NCBI GenBank assembly: GCA_002269645.1 | Contig: NIVC01003439.1 | Location: 1-64,000, forward strand | DNA length: 64,000 nt | Direction: 5' to 3' | DNA from: Macrostomum lignano | Lineage: Eukaryota | Shown here: positions 34,770 through 48,400 of the stretch, in pieces | Layout of the letters: every line of letters begins with the position of its first letter | Numbering within the stretch: the first letter of the stretch is position 1 | The notes under the pieces: model-generated | Databases searched by the model: none | The model's input: the letters and a program-made list of their open reading frames with translations, nothing else | Told to the model about the DNA's origin: nothing | Position numbers and translations under genes: made by a program

Positions 34770-35600
34770 GCTAATCTAGATTCTGTGGGGCGCCATGCAT
34801 CAAGTGAGCTAATCTGGATTCTGTGGGGCGCCTTGCATCAAGCAGAGCTAATCTGGATTCTGTAGGGCGCCTTGCATCAAGCAGAGCTAATCTGGATTCT
34901 GTAGGGCGCCATGTATCAAGTAGAGCTAATCTGGATTCTGTGGGGCGCCATGCATCAAGTGAGCTAATCTGGATTCTGTAGGGCGCCATGTATCAAGCAA
35001 AGCTAATCTGGATTCTGTAGGGCGCCATGTATCAAGCAGAGCTAATCTGGATTCTGTAGGGCGCCATGTATCAAGCAAAGCTAATCTGGATTCTGTAGGG
35101 CGCCATGTATCAAGCAAAGCTAATCTGGATTCTGTAAGGCGCCATGCATCAAGCAGAGCTAATCTGGATTCTGTAGGGCACCATGTATCAAGCAGAGCTA
35201 ATCTGGATTCTGTAGGGCGCCATGTATCAAACAGAGGCGCTAAGGGAGGGCGCCATGCATCAAGCAGAGGCGCTAAGGGAGGGCGCCATGCATCAAGCAG
35301 AGGCGCTAAGGGAGGGCGCCATGCATCAAGCGGAAGCGCTAAGGGAGGGCGCCATGCATCAAGCAGAGGCGCTTTGGGAGGGCGCCATGCATCAAGCAGA
35401 AGCACTAAGGGAGGGCGCCATGCATCAAGCAGAAGCGCTAAGGGAGGGCGCCATGCATCAAGCAGAGGCGCTAAGGGAGGGCGCCATGCATCAAGCAGAG
35501 GCGCTAAGGGAGGGCGCCATGCATCAAGCAGAGGCGCTAAGGGAGGGCGCCATGCATCAAGCAGAGGCGCTAAGGGAGGGCGCCATGCATCAAGCAGAGG
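34770..35600. repeat. 39-bp array switching to a related 33-bp array, shared core GGCGCCATG(C/T)ATCAAGCA
   Basis: Direct inspection. Confidence 0.93.
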
Positions 35601-36114
35601 CTGCATACAAAAATCGAAGATAAAGATAATCCATGACATTTTGATTCCCTAGAAATCCTTGCACCATGTGCCGACAATATGTAACAGACTTAGTATGAAA
35701 ATTATTGATTTCTGCACTTGAATAAAATCATACCTTTGAAATTTCAGAAACTAATAAAATTATAGTAGAAACAGAGAAACTCCCTATCATGCATAAGAAT
35801 CTCATTTCCGAAACTCCCCATACTGAAGCAACTTCAAAATTTGCTTTGATTTGCCATAAGCATTGTAAATTTTGTGTAGTTTAGAAACTCAAAATAAGGA
35901 CGTCAAAAGTTTGTAAACAAAATTTATGCAAAATCAAATTCTGTAGCAACTTTTTGAGCTAGAAAAAGTCAGTTGCAATGCAGACTGTATTAACAATTAC
36001 TGAAGCGCGGCTTGTGTAATATCCATGTAACTTTGATTGGACACAATGATTCTCTACATTAAAAGACTTCGAGTAATTAACAGTAAGAATTTGATGTATT
36101 AACAATGAGATTTC

Positions 36115-38195
36115 GATGGTGCAGTAGATATACAGATGGTGCAGTAGATATTTATACAGATGGTGCAGTAGATATACAGATGGTGCAGTAGATATTTATA
36201 CAGATGGTGCAGTAGATATACAGATGGTGCAGTAGATATACAGTTGGTGCAGTAGATATACAGATGGTGCAGTAGATATACAGATGGTGCAGTATATATT
36301 TATACAGATGGTGCAGTAGATATACAGATGGTGCAGTAGATATTTATACAGATGGTGCAGTAGATATACAGATGGTGCAGTAGATATACAGATGGTGCAG
36401 TAGATATACAGATGGTGCAGTAGATATACAGATGGTGCAGTAGATATTTATACAGATGGTGCAGTAGATATACAGATGGTGCAGCAGATATGTATACAGA
36501 TGGTGCAGTAGATATTTATACAGATGGTGCAGTAGATATACAGATGGTGCAGTAGATATACAGATGGTGCAGTAGATATTTATACAGATGGTGCAGTAGA
36601 TATACAGATGGTGCAGCAGATATTTATACAGATGGTGCAGTAGATATACAGATGGTGCAATAGATATACAGTTGGTGCAGTAGATATTTATACAGATGGT
36701 GCAGTAGATATACAGATGGTGCAGTAGATACTCGTATTTATACAGATGGAGCAGTAGATATTTATACAGATGGTGCAGCAGATATACAGATGGTGCAATA
36801 GATGTACAGATGGTGCAGTAGATATTTATACAGATGGTGCAGTAGATATACAGATGGTGCAGTAGATATACAGATGGTGCAGTAGATATACAGATGGTGC
36901 AATAGATGTACAGATGGTGCAGTAGATATTTATACAGATGGTGCAGCAGATATACAGATGGTGCAATAGATGTACAGATGGTGCAGTAGATATTTATACA
37001 GATGGTGCAGTAGATATACAGATGGTGCAGTAGATATACAGATGGTGCAGTAGATATACAGATGGTGCAGTAGATGTACAGATGGTGCAGTAGATATACA
37101 GATGGTGCAGTAGATATACAGATGGTGCAGTAGATATACAGATGGTGCAGTAGATATACAGATGGTGCAGTAGATATACAGATGGTGCAGTAGATATACA
37201 GATGGTGCAGTAGATATACAGATGGTGCAGCAGATATTTATACAGATGGTGCAGTAGATATTTATACAGATGGTGCAGTAGATATACAGATGGTGCAGTA
37301 GATGTACAGATGGTGCAGTAGATATTTATACAGATGGTGCAGTAGATATACAGATGGTGCAGTAGATATACAGATGGTGCAGCAGATATTTATACAGATG
37401 GTGCAGTAGATATTTATACAGATGGTGCAGTAGATATACAGATGGTGCAGTAGATATACAGATGGTGCAGTAGATATACAGATGGTGCAGTAGATATACA
37501 GATGGTGCAGTAGATATAAAGATGGTGCAGTAGATATACAGATGGTGCAGTAGATATACAGATGGTGCAGTAGATATACAGATGGTGCAGTAGATATACA
37601 GATGGTGCAGTAGATATACAGATGGTGCAGTAGATATACAGATGGTGCAGTAGATATACAGATGGTGCAGTAGATATACAGATGGTGCAGTAGATATACA
37701 GATGGTGCAGTAGATATACAGATGGTGCAGTAGATATACAGATGGTGCAGTAGATATACAGATGGTGCAGTAGATATACAGATGGTGCAGTAGATATACA
37801 GATGGTGCAGTAGATATACAGATGGTGCAGTAGATATACAGATGGTGCAGTAGATATACAGATGGTGCAGTAGATATACAGATGGTGCAGTAGATATACA
37901 GATGGTGCAGTAGATATACAGATGGTGCAGTAGATATACAGATGGTGCAGTAGATATACAGATGGTGCAGTAGATATACAGATGGTGCAGTAGATATACA
38001 GATGGTGCAGTAGATATACAGATGGTGCAGTAGATATACAGATGGTGCAGTAGATATACAGATGGTGCAGTAGATATACAGATGGTGCAGTAGATATACA
38101 GATGGTGCAGTAGATATACAGATGGTGCAGTAGATATACAGATGGTGCAGTAGATATACAGATGGTGCAGTAGATATACAGATGATGCAGTAGAT
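36115..38195. repeat. 20-bp minisatellite GATGGTGCAGTAGATATACA (heterogeneous left half, near-perfect right half)
   Basis: About 100 units. Confidence 0.96.
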
Positions 38196-38589
38196 AAAAT
38201 AAAGTATAATTGCGCTTCAATTCTTTATGAGTATTCCCGCAAACAGGTGCAGATACGGTAATGCTGTGCGGTACGGGTGCGCGCATTTTGCTACAATTTC
38301 AACGCGCAGTTTGCTTGAAGGCTGCTGCGCCACCTACTCGGTAGGAGAGTATTTTGATTTGGAAAGAGAATTATAGAAGCTGCAGCTGCAGAGAAAAAAA
38401 ACATACATTTTGCTTCATCCTCCAGTATGCCGGAACTGATGTTGGAAATTCAGGATTTGAAATTTCATCGATGATGCATGACTCTTCAAGTGTTCAGAGA
38501 GGCAAGGGAAGAGAGGAAAGTAGATAGAGCTTATGGGAAAGTAAGTATAAGATTGATCCAGTAAGTGGAAAGTACTCGTATAGATACTG

Positions 38590-39290
38590 TGAGTGAAAAG
38601 TAGACCGATGAGTGGAAAGTAGATCCGGTGAGTGGAAAGTAGATCCTGTAAGTGGAAAGTAGATCCTGTAAGTGTAAAGTAGATCCTGTAAGTGTAACGT
38701 AGATCCTGTAAGTGGAAAGTAGATCCGGTGAGTGGAAAGTAGATCCTGTAAGTGGAAAGTAGATCCGGTGAGTGGAAAGTAGATCCTGTAAGTGGAAAGT
38801 AGATCCTGTAAGTGGAAAGTAGATCCTGTGAGTGGAAAGTAGATCCTGTAAGTGGAAAGTAGATCCTGTGAGTGGAAAGTAGATCCAGTAAGTGGAAAGT
38901 AGATCCTGTAAGTGGAAAGTAGATCCGGTGAGTGGAAATTAGATCCTGTAAGTGGAAAGTGATCCTGTAAGTGTAAAGTAGATCCGGTGAGTGGAAAGTA
39001 GATCCTGTAAGTGGAAAGTAGATCCTGTAAGTGGAAAGTAGATCCTGTAAGTGGAAAGTAGATCCTGTGAGTGGAAAGTAGATCCTGTGAGTGGAAAGTA
39101 GATCCTGTAAGTGGAAAGTAGATCCGGTGAGTGGAAAGTAGATCCTGTAAGTGGAAAGTAGATCCTGTAAGTGGAAAGTAGATCCTGTAAGTGGACAGTA
39201 GATCATGTAAGTGGAAAGTAGATCATGTAAGTGGAAAGTAGATCATGTAAGTGGAAAGTAGATCCTGTAAGTGGAAAGTAGATCCTGTGA
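38590..39290. repeat. 20-bp minisatellite AGTGGAAAGTAGATCCTGTA
   Basis: Direct inspection. Confidence 0.95.
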
Positions 39291-40189
39291 GTGGAGAAAT
39301 AGATTCAGATTGTAGGTAAGTTAGATTAAGAGTGTGGAGAAAGTATAATTGAGAGTGTGGAGAAAGTAGATCCGGTGCTGAAAAAGTAGATCGATTGAAG
39401 ATACCAAGGTAGGCCTGTATAGCTTTAGACACGAATTGGATTAATCAGAGGCTGGTAAAATGTAAGCGAAGTGACAAGAGACGATGGACAATATCTTATT
39501 AAGAAACAAATAAACGAAGAAGTTTGAAGCAGTTCTTATAGGTCAGCCCAGCATATGCACAGCAGTTATTTTATAAATATATTTATTTTCTATTCCTCAC
39601 GTTGGCTGTATCCTATATTCCCAACATTATACCCAATTCCATTCCCAACATTACCCTATATCCTATTGTATTACCTAAAGAAAAAGTAAAAAATCAAGCT
39701 CGTCCAAATCCGCTACTGCTATCTTTTCTATCTATCTCTATCTTTTTATCATCCTATCTCTTGCCTCTCCTCTTTTCTCTTATCTCTCATCTCTCATCTC
39801 CTATTCTCTCACCTTTCGACTCCCGGGCCGGCAGCATTAACTAAACCAGAACCGAACTTTTCAGATGCGATAACCGCTGGTGCTCATTCGGTATTTTCGT
39901 ATTTACCATCAATTTTAGGCAACTCACGATTGCGTAATAATCTATGCTATTATTTTTGTTGAGAGATTTTCCGCGAGGACAGCTCAATAAAGATTGCGCA
40001 ATTAACACTTGCTTGTATATAAATATTCCGAAGTGATAATTCCCTTTGAAAAGGTATAGGGCTTATCCGAGTGTGTATTTAAATTTGAGAAATAATATGG
40101 CTCTTGGCTGTGTTATGCAATGTTAGCACAACAATCGCATGTGACGAACAAGGGACCAATATTGAATGCCTTTTTTAGAGTGCACTGGG

Positions 40190-40575
40190 GGCGCCACCGG
40201 CGTGAATAGAGGGCGCCACTTGATGAGAATAGAGGGCGCCACTTGATGAGAATAGAGGGCGCCACTTGATGTGAATAGAGGGCGCCACTTGATGTGAATA
40301 GAGGGCGCCACTTGATGAGAATAGAGGGCGCCACTTTGATGAGAATAGAGGGCGCCACTTGATGTGAATAGAGGGCGCCACTTGATGTGAATAGAGGGCG
40401 CCACTTGATGAGAATAGAGGGCGCCACTTTGATGAGAATAGAGGGCGCCACTTGATGTGAATACAGGCGCCACTTGATGAGAATAGAGGGCGCCACTTTG
40501 ATGAGAATAGAGGGCGCCACTTGATGTGAATACAGGCGCCACTTGATGAGAATAGAAGGCGCCACTTGATGTGAA
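40190..40575. repeat. 23-bp minisatellite AGAGGGCGCCACTTGATGAGAAT
   Basis: Direct inspection. Confidence 0.93.
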
Positions 40576-42416
40576 GAGATGCCCTTGTCCCAGTTGCCAT
40601 GCGCAGCTATATACGAGTAATATAGTTGTCAGTTTTTATCATACTAAGTAAATAAGTAAACAAAAACCGATTGTTCATTTCAATATTACGAATCATCATA
40701 AAATAAATGCCAGGGTTGTGTATTTTTCCACTGACTACATAATACAACGCTATAAATAATGTAATGATGTACATATATTCCCTCGTTCATATATATATAT
40801 GGCATTAACAGACACACAGACACACGCACGGATTCAGACCACGCCCTTAGACAGACAGCTTTGAAGATGATGTAATTGCAGGATCGTTGGCACCAATTCG
40901 TCACATCTCTTCTTCTCCCATCAGTTTCGGCCGGCACGCCAGGCAGTCTCTCGAGTCGAGTAGGTCCGAGCGAGCTCGCTCATTCCCGCATCGGCGGGGA
41001 GCCTCAAACCCAAGCCCTTATCCTATATAGGAACCTTTTGTGTTCATCAATCTTGTCACGCCCGTCTGTCTCTGATCCCTTGGAAGTTATTTTTTTTTAC
41101 TTCCGATGTTGCTAGGGACCCCGCCGTTTGCTATACAGGCTTGACTTTTTCTCTTGGATCGGGTCGCCAGGTGTTTAGAATTCGATTTGATTCGAAACTC
41201 CTTGTCAAAAATAGTCTAGATTCCCTATTAATTTGGATAGATAGAGAAAGATAAAGAATTCAGCTCATGGCTGCAGGCCAAGTACAAAGAAGAGGGGGAG
41301 AGAGAAGAGCGAATAGGAAGGAAAGAGATGTGATGAGAGGAGAGGAGAGGCGAGAGGGGAGTTGAGAGATACAAGGAAAGAAGACAGAGAAAGAGAGGAA
41401 GGGAGTGAGGGGCGAGAGAAGAGGAGAGAAGAAAGAAGAGAGAAGAGAGCTAAGAAGAGAAACATTGAGCGGGCCGGATTGCTATTGGAGTTTTAAAGGA
41501 CCCGAGGTTGTGATAGAGAGCTTTGGGGGCCGGAGTTTGCTGGACCAAATCAACCAGGCGAATAGGAAAAATGGGATAAACATAGATGTTGCGCTCCCTG
41601 AGAAAATAGACACGGGCAAGTTGTTTATAAAAAATAATATAACACACAAAAGACTTCAAAGGAATCAATTTATTACTGAACTGACTAGCCATTGAAGGGA
41701 TTAAATTCGATTTCATTCTGTCGAATGAATGCAATTTTAGCTGATTTATATATTTATATTAGATTATATTATAATAGATCAGTATGCACGGTTAAACGCA
41801 TAAAGTCATGCAGTTTGTATGTACAATGTACAGCAACGCGGAAGTGAACCTTAATTATTAATTATTCATAGCTGCAGACAGGTGAAAGTTGCGAATGTCG
41901 CATAGCTCGTACAATGGCAGAGATTGGTAGCGATTTCTAATGTGTAAATATCGAAGAATAAAAGTTGTAAATATACATTCACACTGGGTGCAGTTGATAT
42001 TAAATTTTGATAGAACTTCTTCATCTGCGCACAGGAATTACAACAGTTACTAAAAATGTCTGAATTGATTGCATTTAACAGGACAAGCCAAAAAAAGTTG
42101 AGAAATGAATACAAATCGATTAATTAATAAGAGGACGCACACATGTTGGAATTAATACTTAATGCATATACCCTATGTATGGATAATCCTGCGCTATTTA
42201 CATACTATATTAAATTTAGACTTGCGATAATAGAGACTCGCCAAAATCAATACAATCAATACTGGCTGAGCAAATACTAACTGCAGAATTACATCAATGC
42301 AAAGATGCATTTCTAGTTTATGTACACAATATCTGCTGCTTTTTAAGGAGGGCAATCCTCCTCACAGGATGGAATGCGGCTTGGGCGAGGGGAAGGCGGC
42401 AGGGGGTAAAGGACTG

Positions 42417-45400
42417 TCACCTGGGCCGGTGCTGTGACCTGGCCTGCGGATGGTGGTGATGATGCAGCTGCTGCTGTTGTTGTTGCTGGGCCAGGCTGAG
42501 GTCCATCGGCCGGACAAAGTCGTCGCTAGCCGGCCGAGTCGAGTCGCAGCCGGAGGTCGCGGCCGCGGCGGCAGCAGCAGCCGCAGCCATCGGCAGGCCG
42601 GCAGCGGCGGCAGCAGAGTGATGGTGATGATGCTGAGCGGCGAGGTGGTGGTGCGCAAACGGATAGGCAGGCGGGTGCTGCGGCAGGAAGGCGTAGGGAT
42701 AATACAGCGAGTAGGCGTGGGCGGGGGTCAGCGGAGGCGGATACGGACTGATGAGGTGTCCGGCAGGGAACTGAGACGCCGCCGCTGCTGCTGCAGCCGC
42801 GGCCGCTGCCGCTTGCTGCTGCTGTTGCAGGTGGTAGCTGGCCTGCTGCTGGCTGTGGTAGACTCTGGCCATTTTGCTGGCGGCTGATGACGGAGGGATG
42901 CAGGAAGGAAGCGCAGCGGAAGAAGCCACGTGAGGCCTTTTCTTTTGTTGTTGCTGCTGCTGCTGCTGCGGCTTCTTGCTGCTGAGTTCGGAGACCTGCT
43001 GGTGCTGAGCTGGCATTGGCGGCAGCGGAGACGGCAGCTGCTTCGTTGCAGGCTTCGATTTGGCCGGCTGCTTTGCTGGCTTCACGGGCTGCTGTTGCTG
43101 CACATGCGGCGGCGGTGGCGGCGGCGGTGGCGGTGGTGGAGGCGGAGGCCGCAGCGACTGTGCTGGCGCCGCAGGAAGCCGCTGGAGTTCCGCTTTGGCC
43201 GCTGGCCAGATTGCCGGGGGCTCCGGCGCGGCCTGCTGCTGGTTCAGGTCGATCAGTAGCGGCTTGTCGTCCTCATCGCTTGCGACCGCGTCGTCGGATG
43301 CCGGGCTGACAGTATCAGTCTCGCCGGCAGTGGTGGTCGCGGGCAGCGACCCAGTCGGTAGGGGGATGTGGTCGCCGTCCTGGGAGCCGCAGGCGCTGCC
43401 CACATCAGCAGCATCAGTTGGCGGCTCGTCCAGACGCAATGCAGATGGCGGACTGGCAACAGGCGGCGGCCGCTGCTGGCACTGCGGAGGCGGCGGCGGG
43501 GGTGGCGGTGGGCGCGGCGACTTTTTGACCGGGTGATCCGGCTTGCGCTTCTTCTTAGGGCTGGCCGGTTGCGACTCCTCCGTGGCGGCCGGCGGAGCGG
43601 CCAGCGGCGATACCGACACGGTGATTGGCTGCTCTGCCGATTCGGGCGCCTCAACTGGCGTTGGCGCGGGTGATGGCGCTGCAGATTCAACTGTCGGCCC
43701 CGCTGGGACATTTGGCTCGGCTTCTTTCGTTAAAGTTTCCGTTACAGGTTGTTCAGTCTGTTGCTGCTGCTGCGGCTTGTTGCTAGGCGCTTCATCATCA
43801 ACTGCAGCCTCCTTTAACAGCGTCAGATTCTCATCCTGCTGCTTAACCAGCTCCTGACTCTCCTCTTCGGTCCCGAAGAATCCCGCAGGCTCAGGCGCCT
43901 CCCTGAACAGGACGTCCAGGCCATTGACACGCACCTGGGTGAGCACGATGCGGCCGAATGCATCTCGTCTAGCCAGCGGCGGCAGCACCGTGGCAACGCC
44001 GATGAGCTCCTGCGGCACCTTGACGGGCGGATCAGGCCTAGTTGGCGGCTGCCTCTTAAACCGGTTTTTGCTGCCCTTGGGCCTGCCGCGCTTCCGTTTC
44101 AGCAGGCTGCTGAATTTGTTCCCACTGCTAGAGGCTGATGCTAGAGTTGCGCAGGTCGCTGTCTTCTGCTGCTGCTCCTGTTGGTGATGCACAGACTGTG
44201 CGGCCAGCCGCTCCGGCAGGAGGCTGGCGGCAGCTTCATCTCCGCGGACGCCGCTGTTCTCAGACGAATCTCTCGGTTTCTCTTCCTCTTCGACACTGTC
44301 GGCGGCTTTGGCTGCAACCTCGGCGTCGCTGTTGTTGTTGACCTCGACTGCGGAGCGAAGCAACTCGGATTTGCGCCGGATTGTGCCGCCGCCGTGGCTG
44401 TCGCGCTTCACCACTAGGGGCGACACCTTCAGCGAGTGGGCTGAGGCGTCCGCGCCGCGCGGCGTAGCGCATCGGGCACGCTCGGGCGACTCGGAGCTGC
44501 TGGCCTCGGGGTCGCTGCCGCTGTCGCCAACGCCGAGACGCTCCTTGCGCAGGAAGCGGCTGACGTGGGTTTGCTGCTGCTGCTGCTGCTTGGGCGTGCT
44601 GCTTACCTCGGAGTCTGGCTCCTCGGCTTCTTCATCATAGTCTTCGTCATCTGCCTCGGAAGCTGGGCCGGCCTCGGACACGTGGGCCAAGCAGCTTTTT
44701 GGTATTGTGAGCAGCAGTTTGGGCCTCTCCTACAACATAAAAGTGCAAAAGGTTGCGGCTATGGAATTATACTGGCCAGCGATTCTCAATTCTCATTATT
44801 CTGCACCGGGGCAGTGAGGGTCTGGTCAAGTGGAAGGCCCAGCCTAGAGAGAATGGTCCATAAGAGCCATAGGAGCTGACAGAATTGAGTGGCAAGCACG
44901 CGGCCTGCGAAATTCCTCTTGAATTTCAATGCCGATCACAGAGCCATCGCTGGGCAGAATAATGAGTAAGGAAGTGGGCATTGTGATGCCATGTGCGGAG
45001 AGGCTTGGACTAAGCCGAGTGGTCACAAAGGCCGCCTTGTGCCTGACTAAATTTATTTATTACGTCACGGAGTAAGCAGCCTTAGACACGAAAACTTTTT
45101 GACTAACTAATGTAGCCAGAGACTCGCACTCACGTTCTGATCGTTGCTAGGCGCAGTTGAAGTTTCTGTCGTTTTACCCGACGTAGAAGCAGCAGACGCG
45201 GCTGATGCTGCTGCAACAGTTTGCTGCTCCTGGTCAACAAGGCTCGGATTCTTTGTTTTGGTGGCAGTTGCCGCTGCCGGCTTAGTCTTAGCAGCCGACG
45301 AAGAAGCCGCAACTGATTGCTTTTGCTGCTTCTCCGCCTCACCCGCTGTTGTCTGCTTTTGCAGCTTGCCAGATTTTGCGGCGGACGGGGCGGCCAGGTT

Positions 45401-48400
45401 TGATGGCTTGTGCAGCTTGCGGGGCCAGCCGGTGGGGAAGACTCTCCTGCCCCGGATGCCCAGCTTGCTGGCCAGGCGCTTGCCAACGCTGCCAACTGGA
45501 GAGGGCTTGGAGGGCAATCTGGTGCTCTTCTGCTTCTGCAGGGCCGCCTTTGACTTCGTCGCTGCTGTCGGCGGCGGAGGCGGAGGTACTGGTGATGGTG
45601 GAGCTTCGGGGCTATCGACACTGTCGCTGCTGCTGTCGCTGCTGCCGCTGCTTTCAGCGCTGCTGTCTTCTGCGCTGCTGCTAGCACTGCTGGCGCTAGT
45701 GCTGGCACTGCTGGAGTCCTGCTGCTTCTGATGCAGCTTCCTGGAATAGTGGAGATGATGCTGCACTAACTTCTTCCAGAAGATCTTCCAGCTAAACTGC
45801 ATCCCAAATGTACCTACCCAAATTAGCACTTGATCCAGATCTGAGTCCCAGATTTCCTAGTTGAATCCCAATTTATCCCAAATCCTCCTAGCTGAATCCC
45901 AATTTATCCCAACATCCTCCTAGCTGAATCCCAATTTATCCCAACATCCTCCTAGCTGAATCCCAATTTATCCCAACATCCTCCTAGCTGAATCCCCATT
46001 TATCCTAACATCCTCCTAGCTGAATCCCCATTTATCCTAACATCCTCCTAGCTGAATCCCCATTTATCCTAACATCCTCCTAGCTGAATCCCCATTTATC
46101 CTAACATCCTCCTAGCTGAATCCCCATTTATCCTAACATCCTCCTAGCTGAATCCCAATTTATCCCAGATCCTTCATATCTGAATCCCAATTTATCCCAG
46201 ATCCTCCTAGCTGAATCCCAATTTATCCCAGATCCTTCATATATGAATTGCCAATTTATCCCAGATCCCTCATATCTGAATCCCAATTTATCCCAGATCC
46301 TCCTAGCTGAATCCAAATTTATCCCAGATCCTCCCCACCCGAGTCCCAACTCAGGACCGGGCTGGGCTCCTTATCTAGATCCTGTATCTAGCTCGAACCC
46401 TAAAACCGTCAGCGCTCACATTTCATTAGCAAGCTCAGCTGGGATAGGGACCGGCTCCTCTCTAAGCAAAGGAACCAAAAGCTCTAATAATTTCCCCATC
46501 CTTGTTATTCTCCCACAGCCAGACTGACTCGCTAATTGAATTCGTGATACTTAGGCTTAGTCGTTTCCCTCGCCTTGCTTTTTTGCCAACTCCTCCTGCA
46601 TTCATTTCTTTTTTCTTTGAGCGTAAAAGCAAAAGCAGAAGCAGAAGCAGAAGAAAAATGGCTGCCCATACATAGAAAAATTGGACGCAGCACAATTCCT
46701 ATCCAATTCTATGCAATCTACATATAATAATAATAGATGAAATGGAGGAATACCAGCCGCCCAAGCCTCAGAGAATACTCTATTCTAAGGCATAGCAAGG
46801 CTTTACAAGCTGTCTCAGTGTTTGCAGGAAATTCAAAGAGGCAAAAGAATTGACGACTTTAAAAGATGTTGTACAGCAGATAAAAAAAGATCTAAAGGCC
46901 TCCCTCCCCATATTTGCGCAAAGTCAGAGAGCTGTCCAAAAAATAGGTGGATTTGGTGAGAGGATTCTAAGAAAGATAAGGGACACGGGATAGGAATTAT
47001 AGGATCTTGGGGTACAGGGAAGGGATAAGGGATGATTTGGCCGACCACCCACTGAGAAGTTGGAGCTTACTGCTTAGATAAGGAATCTGTACTATAACTT
47101 AGCCTTACCTATCTGCCTACCTGCATCTAATTTAATGACTTTTTAAAGCATCTGTATCTGTAGCCGGAGCCGGAGAAAGCATCTGTAGCCGGAGAACAGC
47201 ACTCATTAGCCATGACACAATTCTCATTCAGCTCACCTCTCTTATATGTTATGCGGGTTTGCACGGTTTGGTTGGCTGGCTTGGTTGGTTGGTAACCCGA
47301 GACTTAGGGCCGCCACTCGGCCTCACCCATTGTTAGTTTAGAGTTTCGCTCTCAACCTGGACCCCGCCGATCTAGGGGAGTCGGGGGCCACGAGGGGATG
47401 GATGTCTGGGAGACGGGCATAGGGTGGAAATCGATCTTTAGCAATGCATAATAGAGGACTAAAAATAGGGAAATATATCTCGAGGCGAAATAGGCAACCA
47501 AGTTCCCTTAGCAACTATAAATTCGAAAGAAACAGTGAAACTGTTTAACTATACAATCACCAAATGGGATTCAATTATTCGTTCAATCTGTGTCCCGAGC
47601 TAGCTAGTGACGTCACCAGACTCATACATAGCATGCAATAAACACGTGATATTGAACTATTTATTGTCAAAAAATCTTACTTATTGAACTCTTGAATCAG
47701 TCGTTTGTCCAGAATGTTTTTCTCCGGTTCCCAGGTGCTGTCCCTGTTGAAAAAAATTAAAACAAACAAATATATTAATTTTGGTTATTATTAGCATAGC
47801 AACAGCATTTAAACAGGTATAATAAACATTGTTCACTTACTTGACCGACCAGCCTTTCCATTTTACCAGGTACTCTGTGCGACCCTGCGTAAGCAAAAGA
47901 GAATATAAACATTGATATTGATAATTAATGGAAATTATATTTTTAATAAATCGGTAAATAAACTAGATTTAAAAAGCATTAATGGAGCCATAGCCTAAAG
48001 TAGGAAAGAATCGATGTTCCAGTTAAATTGATAATGAATGATGACTCAAACTTGGTCAGTCAGTTATATAAGTCTACTAGATTATAGAAGGCATGCACGG
48101 AAGGCGGATCGATAGGATCAAGGGAGATTTCCGAAGTGGAGAAGAGAGGCTCGCCTATACAGCATCAGCTGAGAGGTAAATGAGAAGACAGCAGAGAGAG
48201 CCCAATGGCTTGATGAGGTATAAGGCTGTTCTATCAGCTCCCACGAGGACGGGGCGAAGTCTCATTAGATAGCAATATATAGGAAGAACTCGACTGCTTC
48301 TGTGTGGGCACGAATCCCTCATGAGTATATGATTATATATACGGGAGTTATTTATTCTAATGGCATCTAAAATAAATGTACTTCATTCGTGCGACAGAGG

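Noticed and set aside
29187-40600. ORFs at 29187-30254, 30852-31436, 34926-35639, 37414-38286, 38415-39206 and 40113-40600
   Set aside because: Tandem-repeat artefacts.
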